Assembly: GCA_034668185.1 (NCBI GenBank)
Contig: JAXDPV010000245.1
Location: forward strand, 1 to 60,642
Direction: 5' to 3'
Source: Actinomycetota bacterium
GTDB taxonomy: Bacteria > Actinomycetota > Acidimicrobiia > Acidimicrobiales > CADCTF01
DNA: 60,642 bases
Shown here: positions 18,606 through 28,623 of the stretch, piece after piece
Numbering within the stretch: the first letter of the stretch is position 1
Layout: the number at the start of each line of letters is the position of its first letter
Program-made: the position numbers and the translations under genes
Notes under the pieces: model-generated
What the model was told of the DNA's origin: nothing
What the model saw: only the letters and a program-made list of their open reading frames with translations
Databases searched by the model: none

Positions 18606-19270
18606 GTGTGGAGTCCGCATTCCGTCTTGTCCGAACCGGCCCAGCGTCCGGATCGGGGGTCGGCGCCCGGCTCGACCGGCTTGGTCGTGGGCGCGCAACC
18701 GATGGACAGGTACCCCTCGTCGAGCAGGGGGTTGTAGGGAACGTCGTTGGCGGCGACGTACCCGCTCACGTCGAGGTCGGACCAGTTGGCCAGCGGGTTG
18801 ACCTTCACCAGGCCACGGCGGTCGAACGACACGATGGGGGCGGCGGCACGGGTGGCGGCTTCGGCCCGGCGCAACCCGCTCATCCACGCCGAACGGCCGG
18901 ACAAGGCCGAGTCCAGGGCCGCGACCTTGGCGTCGGAGCAGCACTTCACCGGGTCGGTGATATGGAAGGGCACCGCGGGCTCGGGCACCCGGATCACCCG
19001 CAGGCTGAGGTCGTACCGGGCCCGCACGACCTCGACCGTGGCCAAGGTCTCGGGGAAGTGGTCGCCGGTGTCGATGAAGACGACGTCGATCGAGGGGTCG
19101 ATGCGGGTGGCCACGTCGATCAGCACCGCGTCCTGCATCGAGGCGGTGATCGTCAACCCCGAACCGAAGGTGTCGACGGCCCAGCGCACGATCTTCGACG
19201 CCGGCGCGGCCTCGAACGAGGCGTTCAGCGCCTCGAGGTCGGCGGCGGTCAGGACGGCAGTGCTCGCCAT
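18602..19270 (-). CDS. cysH: (Phospho)adenylylsulfate reductase
   Basis: 222 aa ending in the catalytic ECGLH motif. It has the Cys pair in VKCCSDAK and a single Cys in SIGCAPTT. Confidence 0.88.
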   Translation of the reverse strand: MASTAVLTAADLEALNASFEAAPASKIVRWAVDTFGSGLTITASMQDAVLIDVATRIDPSIDVVFIDTGDHFPETLATVEVVRARYDLSLRVIRVPEPAVPFHITDPVKCCSDAKVAALDSALSGRSAWMSGLRRAEAATRAAAPIVSFDRRGLVKVNPLANWSDLDVSGYVAANDVPYNPLLDEGYLSIGCAPTTKPVEPGADPRSGRWAGSDKTECGLHT

Positions 19271-19755
19271 ACCAACTCCGTCGCTTCTTCCAGGGACAGT
19301 TCTTGCGTCGGCACCACGACCTCGGGCGCCAACGGCGGCTCGTAAGGATCGTCGACGCCGGTCAGCCCGCTGATCTCGCCCGAGCGCTGCTTGGCGTACA
19401 GGCCCTTGACGTCCCGCTGGCTGCAGACCTCGACGGGCGTGGACACGTAGACCTCAACGAAACGGCCGTCGTGCAATTCCCGCAACTCGTCCCGAACGTT
19501 GCGATAGGGCGAGATCACCGAGCACAGCACGGTCACGCCGTTGCGGGACAGCAGGTTGGCGACGAAGCCGATGCGGCGCACGTTCTCGTCGCGGTCGTCA
19601 CGGGAGAAGCCGAGGCCCTTGGTCAGGTGGGTGCGCACGACGTCGCCGTCGAGCACCTCGACCTTGCGCCCCTCGTCGAGCAGGCGCTTCTCCAAGGAAC
19701 GGGCGATCGTCGTCTTCCCCGCCGACGGCAAACCCGTGAGCCACACCGTGGTCAT
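19249..19755 (-). CDS. cysC: Adenylylsulfate (APS) kinase
   Basis: Start at ATG 19755 (MTTVWLTGLPSAGKTT, P-loop). Contains LDGDVVR and GFSRDDRDENVRRIG. ATGA overlap with the sir stop. Confidence 0.9.
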   Translation of the reverse strand: MTTVWLTGLPSAGKTTIARSLEKRLLDEGRKVEVLDGDVVRTHLTKGLGFSRDDRDENVRRIGFVANLLSRNGVTVLCSVISPYRNVRDELRELHDGRFVEVYVSTPVEVCSQRDVKGLYAKQRSGEISGLTGVDDPYEPPLAPEVVVPTQELSLEEATELVWRALPS

Positions 19756-21566
19756 GTCGCCGCGCACTCGCCTTCGCCGACCTCGGCCACGTACGGCCCC
19801 TGCTCGCCGTAGTCGATGTAGAACTCGGGAGCCTCGTCGGGCGTGGGCCACTCGTCGAGCACCTTGAGCTCGGTAGCGATGGCCGAAGCCCCGCCGTTGC
19901 GGAACAGCCACTCGTCGAAGCGCTCGCCCGCGACCCGCTCGCCCACGAAGCGCTCGACCACCGAGACCACGGCCTGGCCGATGCGCTTGGCCGGGATGCG
20001 CAGCGCCTTCTGGCCGAACTCGATCTCCATCTGCCCGACCCGCCCGCCCAGGTACATCTGGTAGCCGGGGGCGGCCGTCTTGTGGGCCCGGCGCTCGACG
20101 CCCTGGAACCCGATGTCGGAGATGTGGTGCTGGCCGCACGAGTTCGAGCAGCCCGAGATGTTGATGCGCACGCCGCCGACCTCGGACAGGCCGGCTTCCT
20201 CCAACGCCGCGCTGATGGCGTCGGCCGCGCCCCGGCTCTGGGTGACGGCCAGGTTGCAGGTGTCGGTGCCGGGGCAGCTCACGACGTCGCGCGCCATCTC
20301 CGCGCCCGGGCGGGCCATGTCGATCTCGGCGAGGCGCTGGTACAGGGTCGGCAACTGGGATTCGTCGAGGTCGCGGAAGGCGACGTTCTGGCGGTTGGTC
20401 ACCCGCACGGTGGCGCCCAGCTCGCGCTGCATCGAGGCCAGCGCCCGGAACTGGTCGGCGGTGATGTCGCCGAGCACGGCGTGGGCGATGGCCGACACCG
20501 TCCCCTTGGCCGCGCCCCTGATGACGTTGGCCTGGTCCCACCGCTTGTACGGGTCGATGGCCGTCAGCGTCACCGGCGTGCCCACCGGCGTGACCTCGAC
20601 ACCGGCGCCGACACCGGCGGGGGCGTCGCCCCGTTCCTCGACAACGGCCGGGATGCCGGGGCCCTGCCACGTGGACGCCGCCATCAGGAACTTGCGCTCC
20701 TTGAGGATGCGCTCGCGCAGCTCCTCGACGCCCATGGTGTCGAGCAGCCACTTCATGCGGGCCCGCAGCTTGTTGTCGCGGAAGCCGTAGTGGTCGAAGG
20801 TGCGCAGGCACGCCTCGATCGTCTCCATGAGCTGCTCTCGGGGCGTGAACTCCTCGAGCGCCTGGGCCGCGTGGGGGTTGGCGCCGAGGCCGCCGGCGAT
20901 GAAGACACGGAAGCCGGGCTCGACGGTGCCGTCCTCCTTGGGCCGGCCGACGGCGATGACGCCGACGTCGTTGAACATGGCCTGGCCGCAGTCGGTGGCG
21001 CAGCCCGAGAAGTTGATCTTGAACTTGCGGGGGAGGCGCTGGGCGTAGGGGTGGTGGAGGAAGTAGCGGAAGGCGGCCTCGGCCCACGGGCTGATGTCGA
21101 GCACCTCGAAGGGGCAGGCGCCGGCCAGGTGGCAGCCGGTGACGTTGCGAACGGTGTCGCCGCACGCCTCCCTCGTCGTCAGGCCGGCGTCGGCCAGCTC
21201 AGTGAGGAGGTCGGGCACCCGTTCGAGCTCGACGAAGTGGAACTGGATGTTCTGCCTCGTGGTGATGTGGCCCCAGCCCCGGCTGTACTCATCCGCGATG
21301 CGGCCGAGGACGTCGAGCTGGGCCGCGCTGACCCCGCCGTAAGGCAGCTTGATGCGGACCATCTGGTTGTGGCCGCCCTGGCGCTGGCCGTAGATCCCGT
21401 TGTTCAGGCGGAAGACACGGAAGCGGTCGTCGTCGATCTCGCCGGCCAGGTAGAGGGCAAGCCGCTCCCGGAACTTGGCGATGTCGGCGTCGATCTCCGC
21501 CCGCATCTGCGGGTCGAAGGCGCCTGGTCCGATCTCGACGGTATGGGTGATGGCCATGGTGAACAC
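19752..21566 (-). CDS. sir: Ferredoxin-dependent sulfite reductase (nitrite/sulfite reductase family)
   Basis: 604 aa (ATG 21566, or 21557). Siroheme/4Fe-4S Cys cluster SCPGTDTCNLA ... SGCSNSCGQH, and duplicated NiR/SiR ferredoxin-like halves. Confidence 0.88.
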   Translation of the reverse strand: MFTMAITHTVEIGPGAFDPQMRAEIDADIAKFRERLALYLAGEIDDDRFRVFRLNNGIYGQRQGGHNQMVRIKLPYGGVSAAQLDVLGRIADEYSRGWGHITTRQNIQFHFVELERVPDLLTELADAGLTTREACGDTVRNVTGCHLAGACPFEVLDISPWAEAAFRYFLHHPYAQRLPRKFKINFSGCATDCGQAMFNDVGVIAVGRPKEDGTVEPGFRVFIAGGLGANPHAAQALEEFTPREQLMETIEACLRTFDHYGFRDNKLRARMKWLLDTMGVEELRERILKERKFLMAASTWQGPGIPAVVEERGDAPAGVGAGVEVTPVGTPVTLTAIDPYKRWDQANVIRGAAKGTVSAIAHAVLGDITADQFRALASMQRELGATVRVTNRQNVAFRDLDESQLPTLYQRLAEIDMARPGAEMARDVVSCPGTDTCNLAVTQSRGAADAISAALEEAGLSEVGGVRINISGCSNSCGQHHISDIGFQGVERRAHKTAAPGYQMYLGGRVGQMEIEFGQKALRIPAKRIGQAVVSVVERFVGERVAGERFDEWLFRNGGASAIATELKVLDEWPTPDEAPEFYIDYGEQGPYVAEVGEGECAAT

Positions 21567-21586
21567 CTCCCTGGAGAGGAGGGCTC

Positions 21587-21616
21587 AGCGTATCAATACC
21601 CGAGTAATCCGATCAA
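21587..21616 (-). promoter_or_regulatory. Candidate sigma-70-type promoter of the sulfate-assimilation operon
   Basis: The minus strand reads TTGATC-N18-TACGCT, followed by a GGGAGG Shine-Dalgarno sequence before ATG 21566. This is pattern matching only. Confidence 0.3.
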
Positions 21617-21689
21617 GTTTCCGTTGTTTCGCCGTCGCTGCGCTCCGGCGAGCTCTGCTGGCCCGGCTTCGCCGGTCGTCCCTTGCTCG

Positions 21690-21716
21690 GATCGACCGGC
21701 AAAGCCGGATCGATCG
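21690..21716 (-). terminator. Hairpin after the DAHP synthase stop
   Basis: GATCGACCGGC-AAA-GCCGGATCGATC (plus-strand reading): an 11-12 bp stem with one bulge, no U-tract. Confidence 0.35.
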
Positions 21717-21722
21717 GAGGGC

Positions 21723-23068
<1,346 letters not shown>

Positions 23069-23072
<4 letters not shown>

Positions 23073-23569
23073 CGCTCCAGCGTCGCAGTGGCCTTGCCGT
23101 TGTGCAAAGCGGTTGCCGCGACCAACGGCAACACCCGGTGGGGCACCTGGCTCGACAGGGCGATCACCGTCGACGTCCGCATGATCCCCTGGACCTCGAG
23201 GATGCGGTTGATGACCTCCTGCAGGTGGGCGTTGGTGCGGGCCACGACCCGGCAGTGGAGGTCGCCAGGCCCGGAGATCGAGTGGGCTTCGAGGACCTCG
23301 GGGATCTCCCGCAGGTGCTCGACGACGTCGCCCAACCGGCCCTGGGCGATGTCGAGGGTGGTGAAGGCCTCGACCTCGTAGCCGAGGGCGGCCACGTCGA
23401 CGTCGGGCCCGAAGCCCGTGACCACGCCCCTCGACTGGAGCTTGTCGAGCCTCGCCTGGACCGTGCCCCGGGCCACGCCCAGCCGCCTGGCCAGCTCCAG
23501 CACGCCGAGCCTGGGCGAGGCGGCCAGCTCGGCCAGGAGCCGGCCGTCGAGGGCGTCGATGGGCACCAT
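23069..23569 (-). CDS. Lrp/AsnC family transcriptional regulator
   Basis: Start at ATG 23569 (MVPIDALDGRLLAELAASPRLGVLELARRLGVARGTVQARLDKL), followed by a RAM-like C-terminal domain. The stop overlaps the DAHPS GTG start (GTGA). Confidence 0.85.
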
Positions 23570-23669
23570 GCTCAGATCGTACGACTGATCCGGCTTGAGA
23601 GTAGGCAACCTGCCCAGGTAATTCCGTGATCGTTGATCTGATCGGCCGTCAAGGCGTTCACTCACTGGC

Positions 23670-24446
23670 ATGACCATGACCGAGGCATCAGCGCTCGAAC
23701 GGTTCCGCACCAAGGTCGACGACGTCGTCCGCACCCATCCGGTCGTGGTCGACAACCGCTACACCCGGTGGTTCGCCGGCGGCGAGGCGACGGCCGACGA
23801 GGTCCGCCACCTCACCGTCCAGTTCAGCGTCTTCTCCCACCAGTTCGTCGAGGCCCAGCTCCGCAAGGTCATGAACTCGGCCGACCTCGACACCTACCGG
23901 GCCGGCAAGGAGATCCTGATGAACGAGCTCGGGGTCGTCTTCAACGGCCGCCCCGACGCCGAGGGCGTGTCCAGCGAGGGCACCGTCGATGGCAGCCGCT
24001 ACAAGCACACCGCCGCCCACTTCGAATGGCTCGTCCGCTTCGCCGGCCCGCTCGGCCTCGCCTTCGCCGACCTGGGCAAGCGCCACCACGCCACCGCCAC
24101 CACCCAATTCTTCTGCGACGAGCTGTTGCGCATCTACGGCGCCGACGACCCGTCGACGGCCGAGGGCGCGTCGTACGCCGTCGAGAACTGGGCCGCGGCG
24201 GGGTTCTGGAAGGAGCTCATCGCCGGGCTCACCGCATTCAAGGAGCGGGAGTGCCCGTCGCTCAACCTCGCCTTCTGGACGTGGCACGACCGGGTGGAGG
24301 ACCAGCACGCGGCCCACACCGCCGACGAGCTGGCCGAGGCTTTCGGGCTGCCGGGCTTCGACGAGGAGCGCTTCCTCGCCGGTGCGGCCGACATGCTCGA
24401 CGGCGTCAAGGCGTTCTGGGACGGGCTCGACCATGACCGCCACTGA
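23670..24446 (+). CDS. Heme-oxygenase-like fold protein (iron-containing redox enzyme / TenA-PqqC-CADD superfamily)
   Basis: 258 aa and all-helical. Candidate metal ligands sit in MNELG, HTAAHFEW, YAVENW and WHDRVEDQHAAH. The family assignment is from pattern and memory only. Confidence 0.5.
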   Translation: MTMTEASALERFRTKVDDVVRTHPVVVDNRYTRWFAGGEATADEVRHLTVQFSVFSHQFVEAQLRKVMNSADLDTYRAGKEILMNELGVVFNGRPDAEGVSSEGTVDGSRYKHTAAHFEWLVRFAGPLGLAFADLGKRHHATATTQFFCDELLRIYGADDPSTAEGASYAVENWAAAGFWKELIAGLTAFKERECPSLNLAFWTWHDRVEDQHAAHTADELAEAFGLPGFDEERFLAGAADMLDGVKAFWDGLDHDRH

Positions 24447-25560
24447 GGTCCGGGGCTCGGCCCTCGACGCGCCGGCTTCCTACTTCCTCGGCTGGGACCA
24501 CCTCGAGCTCTGGGTGGGCAACGCCCGCCAGGCGGCCCAGTTCCTCGCCTCCGCCTTCGGCTTCGTGGTCACGTTCTACGCCGGGCCCGAGACGGGCGTG
24601 ATGGACCGGGCGTCCTACGTCTTGGAGCAGGGCTCGATCCGGTTCGTGGTGACCGGTGCGCTGTCGCCGTCGTCGCCGATCGCGGCCCACGTCCTGGCCC
24701 ACGGCGACGGCGTCCACGACCTGGCCATCACCGTGTCGGACGCCCGGGCGGCGTACGAGGCCGCGGTGGCCCGGGGCGCGGTGTCGGTGCGCGAGCCGAC
24801 GATCGTCGAGGGTGACGGCGGCCAGCTCGTGATCGCGTCGGTCGCGACCTACGGCGAGACGATCCACACCTTCGTCGACCGCTCGGCGTTCCGCGACGGC
24901 TTCTGGCCCGGCTACGGCGCCGACAACCTGCCGCCCGCGCCCGTCGGCCCGGCCGTCGGCCTGCAGCGCATCGACCACTGCGTCGGCAACGTCGAGCTCG
25001 GCCGGCTGGACGAGTGGGTCGGCTTCTACCGCGACGTCATGGGCTTCTCGCAGCTCGTCCACTTCGGCGACGACCAGATCTCGACCGAGTACTCGGCGTT
25101 GATGTCGACGGTGGTGTGGGACGGGTCGAAGGTCGTGCTCCCGATCAACGAGCCCGCCCACGGCAAGAAGAAGAGCCAGATCGAGGAGTACCTCGACTTC
25201 TACGGCTCGGCCGGCGTGCAACACATCGCCATGCGCACCGACGACATCGTCACGGCGGTGGGCGCGCTGCGGGACCGGGGCGTGCGCTTCCTCCGGGTGC
25301 CCGATGCGTATTACGCCGACCTTCGGGTGCGGCTCGCCGACCTCGACCTCCCGTGGGACGAGCTCCAGCGCCTCGGCGTGCTCGTCGACCGCGACGCCGA
25401 CGGCTACCTCCTCCAGATCTTCTCCGAGACCGTCACCGACCGGCCGACGGTCTTCTTCGAGATCATCCAACGCGAAGGGGCCAAGGGCTTCGGCGCCGGC
25501 AACTTCAAGGCCCTCTTCGAAGCCATCGAACGCGAGCAGGCCCGCCGGGGCAACCTCTAA
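24433..25560 (+). CDS. hppD: 4-hydroxyphenylpyruvate dioxygenase
   Basis: Start at ATG 24433 (MTATEVRG). Contains IDHCVGNV, GVQHIAMRTDDI and FFEIIQREGAKGFGAGNFKALFEAIEREQ, all characteristic of HPPD. The start overlaps the upstream gene by 14 nt. Confidence 0.92.
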   Translation: MTATEVRGSALDAPASYFLGWDHLELWVGNARQAAQFLASAFGFVVTFYAGPETGVMDRASYVLEQGSIRFVVTGALSPSSPIAAHVLAHGDGVHDLAITVSDARAAYEAAVARGAVSVREPTIVEGDGGQLVIASVATYGETIHTFVDRSAFRDGFWPGYGADNLPPAPVGPAVGLQRIDHCVGNVELGRLDEWVGFYRDVMGFSQLVHFGDDQISTEYSALMSTVVWDGSKVVLPINEPAHGKKKSQIEEYLDFYGSAGVQHIAMRTDDIVTAVGALRDRGVRFLRVPDAYYADLRVRLADLDLPWDELQRLGVLVDRDADGYLLQIFSETVTDRPTVFFEIIQREGAKGFGAGNFKALFEAIEREQARRGNL

Positions 25561-25561
25561 T

Positions 25562-25621
25562 CGGTCACTTTTGGCCGCCAAAGCCGCCCGATCGGGCGGA
25601 AATGGCGGCCAAAAGTGACCG
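25562..25621. terminator. Nested perfect hairpin between convergent hppD and the SPFH/Arc operon
   Basis: Outer arms CGGTCACTTTTGGCCGCCA (25562-25580) and TGGCGGCCAAAAGTGACCG (25603-25621) form 19 of 19 bp. They enclose an inner palindrome, CCGCCCGATCGGGCGG. Confidence 0.55.
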
Positions 25622-25641
25622 ATGCCGGCTCGGCGGAGTGG

Positions 25642-25806
25642 TCAGGTCCGGCCTTTGCGCTTGTGGCGGCCGGCCCGGCGGACGGCGTCGGCCAGCAGGT
25701 ACTCGATCTGGGCGTTGACGCTGCGCAGCTCGTCGGCCGCCCACTGCTCGAGGGCGGCGTGGAGCTCCGGCGGTATCCGGAGGAGGAAGGCCTTGCGTTC
25801 GGCCAC
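25642..25806 (-). CDS. Arc/MetJ-type ribbon-helix-helix protein (54 aa, below the ORF-track cutoff)
   Basis: My own translation from GTG 25806 gives [54 protein letters not shown]. The FLLRxPxELH...SxNAxIEYLL pattern matches Arc-family proteins as I remember them. The gene is 7 nt downstream of the SPFH stop. Confidence 0.6.
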   Translation of the reverse strand: MAERKAFLLRIPPELHAALEQWAADELRSVNAQIEYLLADAVRRAGRHKRKGRT

Positions 25807-25812
25807 TCGGCC

Positions 25813-26562
25813 CTAGTTGTAGAGCGAGCCGGAGTTGACGACCGGCTGCGCGCCCCGGTCGCTGCAGAGGACGACGAGCAGGTTCGACACCATGGCCGCC
25901 TTGCGCTCCTCGTCGAGCTCGACGATGCCCTGCTCGCTGAGCATCCGCAGCGCTTGCTCGACCATGCCGACCGCGCCCTGGACGATGAGCTGGCGGGCGC
26001 CCACGACCGCGCTGGCCTGCTGGCGCTTGAGCATCTCGCCGGCGATCTCGGGGGCGTAGGCCAGCCGGCGCAGGCGGGTGTCGAGCACGGCCACGCCGGC
26101 CACCCGCAACCGGTCCTGGAGCTCGGCCTGCAGCGTGGCCGTGACCTCGTCGGCGTTGGCCCGCAACGACAGGCCCTCGTCCTCGTAGTTGTCGTATGGG
26201 TACTCGCTGGCGACGTGGCGGACGGCCGTCTCGGTCTGGATGTGGACGAAGCTGTCGTAGTTCTCGACGTCGAACAACGCCTTGGCCGTGTCGACCACCT
26301 GCCAGTTGATGACGGCCGCGATCTCGACCGGGTTGCCGGCGGCGTCGTTGACCTTGAGGACGTCGCTGTCGAGGTTGCGGATGCGGAGGCTGATCGTGCG
26401 CCGCTCGTACAGCGGGTTGGCCCAGCAGAAGCCGTTGGTGCGCACCGTGCCCCGGTAGCTGCCGAAGAGGATCAGCACCTTGGCCTGGTTGGGCTGGATG
26501 ATGAATAGGCCACGGGCGAAGAACAGCGCCTTGGCCCACGCCAGGACCCCGAGCCCGATCAA
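25813..26562 (-). CDS. SPFH/Band 7 (stomatin-prohibitin-like) membrane protein
   Basis: N-terminal TM segment ([22 protein letters not shown]), then [17 protein letters not shown] ... [22 protein letters not shown] ... [16 protein letters not shown]. Confidence 0.8.
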   Translation of the reverse strand: MIGLGVLAWAKALFFARGLFIIQPNQAKVLILFGSYRGTVRTNGFCWANPLYERRTISLRIRNLDSDVLKVNDAAGNPVEIAAVINWQVVDTAKALFDVENYDSFVHIQTETAVRHVASEYPYDNYEDEGLSLRANADEVTATLQAELQDRLRVAGVAVLDTRLRRLAYAPEIAGEMLKRQQASAVVGARQLIVQGAVGMVEQALRMLSEQGIVELDEERKAAMVSNLLVVLCSDRGAQPVVNSGSLYN

Positions 26563-26632
26563 CCACGGCGTCTCCGGCGGCTTAAGCCCTCCAATGGCTC
26601 GCTGTCAAGGGACATACCTAGACTTCGCGGCC

Positions 26633-27565
26633 ATGACCAAGCCGTTCCGCTTCGCCGTGCAGACCTCCAACGCCCCCGACGGGAAGGCGTGGCGGGACAA
26701 GGCCCGCAAGATCGAGTCGCTCGGCTACTCGACCCTCTTCATCCCCGACCACTTCGGCGACCAGTGGGGGCCGCTGGTGGCCCTGACGGTGGCGGCCGAG
26801 GCGACCACGTCGTTGAACGTCGGCAGCCTGGTGTTCGACAACGACTACCGCCACCCGGTGGTGCTGGCCAAGGAGATCGCCACCCTCGACCTCACCAGCG
26901 AGGGGCGGATCGAGTTCGGCATCGGCGCCGGGTGGATGAAGTCCGACTACGACGAGTCGGGCCTGCCCTACGACCGGCCGGGCGTGCGCATCGACCGCAT
27001 GGTCGAGGGCTTGGCCGTGATGAAGCAGATGTGGCGCGACGGCAAGGCCGACCTGGCTGGCGAGCACTACACCGTCACCGGGGCCAAGGGCACGCCGGTG
27101 CCGGCCACGCCCGGCGGGCCCAAGATCCTCATCGGCGGCGGTGGCAAGCGGGTGCTGTCGATCGCCGGGCGCGAGGCCGACATCGTCGGCGTCAACCCCA
27201 ACCTGTCCGCCGGTTACGTCGGCCCCGAGGTGGCCGAGTCGGCCAAGGCGACGTACTACCGCGACCGGGTCCAGTGGGTGAAGGAGGCGGCCGGCGACCG
27301 CTTCGACGACATCGAGCTCCAGTGCCTCACGTTCATGGTGCAGTTCACCGACGATCGCGACGGCGCCTACGAGAACCTCGCCCCGCTGTTCGGCATGTCG
27401 CCGGCGGAGGCGGCCGAGGTGCCGATCGCGCTGGCCGGCACCGTCGACCAGATGGCCGAGTCGTTGCAGCAGCGGCGCGAGGAATACGGCTTCTCCTACG
27501 TGGTCGTGCACGAGCCCGAGATGGAGCAGTTCGGCGAGGTCGTGGCCAAGCTCGCCGGCACTTGA
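26633..27565 (+). CDS. Luciferase-like monooxygenase, probably an F420-dependent oxidoreductase
   Basis: Start at ATG 26633 (MTKPFRFAVQTS). Contains STLFIPDHF, RIEFGIGAGW and GGGGKRVLSIAGREADIVG. Confidence 0.8.
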   Translation: MTKPFRFAVQTSNAPDGKAWRDKARKIESLGYSTLFIPDHFGDQWGPLVALTVAAEATTSLNVGSLVFDNDYRHPVVLAKEIATLDLTSEGRIEFGIGAGWMKSDYDESGLPYDRPGVRIDRMVEGLAVMKQMWRDGKADLAGEHYTVTGAKGTPVPATPGGPKILIGGGGKRVLSIAGREADIVGVNPNLSAGYVGPEVAESAKATYYRDRVQWVKEAAGDRFDDIELQCLTFMVQFTDDRDGAYENLAPLFGMSPAEAAEVPIALAGTVDQMAESLQQRREEYGFSYVVVHEPEMEQFGEVVAKLAGT

Positions 27566-28164
27566 GCGGCGGCGGCCGCCGCCGGGTCGGCGTGCTCGGG
27601 GGGACGTTCGACCCCGTACACGTCGGGCACCTGGTGACTGCGGTCGAGGTGCGGTCGGTGCTGGATCTCGACGTCGTGTTGCTCGTCGTGGCCAACGAAC
27701 CGTGGCAGAAGGCGGGCGGCGATCGTGCGCTGACGCCGGCCCTCGATCGGCTGGCGGTGGTGTCGGCCGCGGTCAGCGGCGTCGAGGGTGTTGAGGCGTC
27801 GTCGGTCGAGATCGACCGGGGCGGGCCCACCTACACCGCCGACACGCTGGCCACGCTGTCGGCGTCGGGCGACGAGCTGTTCCTCATCGTCGGTTCCGAC
27901 CTCGACCTGGGGACGTGGATGCGGGTCGACGAGGTGCAGGCGGCGGTGGCCGGCCTGGTCGTCGTGCCCCGGCCCGGGTTCGCCGGCATCCCGCTCGACG
28001 GCGGCTGGCCGAGCGTGGTGACGGTCGACGTCCCCCGGCTCGAGGTGTCGTCCACCGACCTACGCCGGCGGGTGGCCGAGGGGCGGCCGATCGACTTCCT
28101 CGTGCCCGAAGCCGCAATCCACGAGATAGCCCGGCGGGGTCTGTACGCTCGGGCGCAGAAGTGA
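27562..28164 (+). CDS. nadD: Nicotinate-nucleotide adenylyltransferase
   Basis: GVLGGTFDPVHVGH (the HxGH motif). TTG 27562 was chosen as the start and overlaps the upstream stop; GTG 27592 is an alternative. Confidence 0.8.
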   Translation: MSGGGRRRVGVLGGTFDPVHVGHLVTAVEVRSVLDLDVVLLVVANEPWQKAGGDRALTPALDRLAVVSAAVSGVEGVEASSVEIDRGGPTYTADTLATLSASGDELFLIVGSDLDLGTWMRVDEVQAAVAGLVVVPRPGFAGIPLDGGWPSVVTVDVPRLEVSSTDLRRRVAEGRPIDFLVPEAAIHEIARRGLYARAQK

Positions 28165-28559
28165 TGACGACACGCAGGGCCAAGGATCTCGAGGACGTTT
28201 ACGGCTGGGCTTCACTGGCCGCCCGGGCCGCCGACGACAAGCAGGCGACCTCCACCATCGTCCTCGAGGTCGGCCCCATCCTCGCCATCACCGACGCTTT
28301 CGTCATCACCTCGGCCCCGAACTCCCGCCTCGTGCGCACCATCGCCGAGGAGGTCGAGCACCAGGTCAAGGAGGCGGGCGGTCCGGCGCCGCTGCGCACC
28401 GAGGGCCTCGACGACGCCCGCTGGGTCCTCCTCGACTACGGCGACTTCGTCGTCCACGTCTTCCTCGACGAGGTCCGTGACTATTACGACCTCGAGCGCC
28501 TCTGGTCGGACGCCGCCCGCGTCGACTGGGAAACCCACCCGATAGCCGCTGCCAAATAG
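28164..28559 (+). CDS. rsfS: Ribosome silencing factor
   Basis: ATG 28164 overlaps the nadD stop. Contains ITDAFVITSAPNSRLVRTIAEEV ... WVLLDYGDFVVHVFLDEVRDYYDLERLW. Confidence 0.88.
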   Translation: MTTRRAKDLEDVYGWASLAARAADDKQATSTIVLEVGPILAITDAFVITSAPNSRLVRTIAEEVEHQVKEAGGPAPLRTEGLDDARWVLLDYGDFVVHVFLDEVRDYYDLERLWSDAARVDWETHPIAAAK

Positions 28560-28623
28560 AGGGGTTCGGCGCGCGCCGGCGAATTTGTACTGCAAGTAAC
28601 AGTTCGTCGCTGGGGGGAATCCG

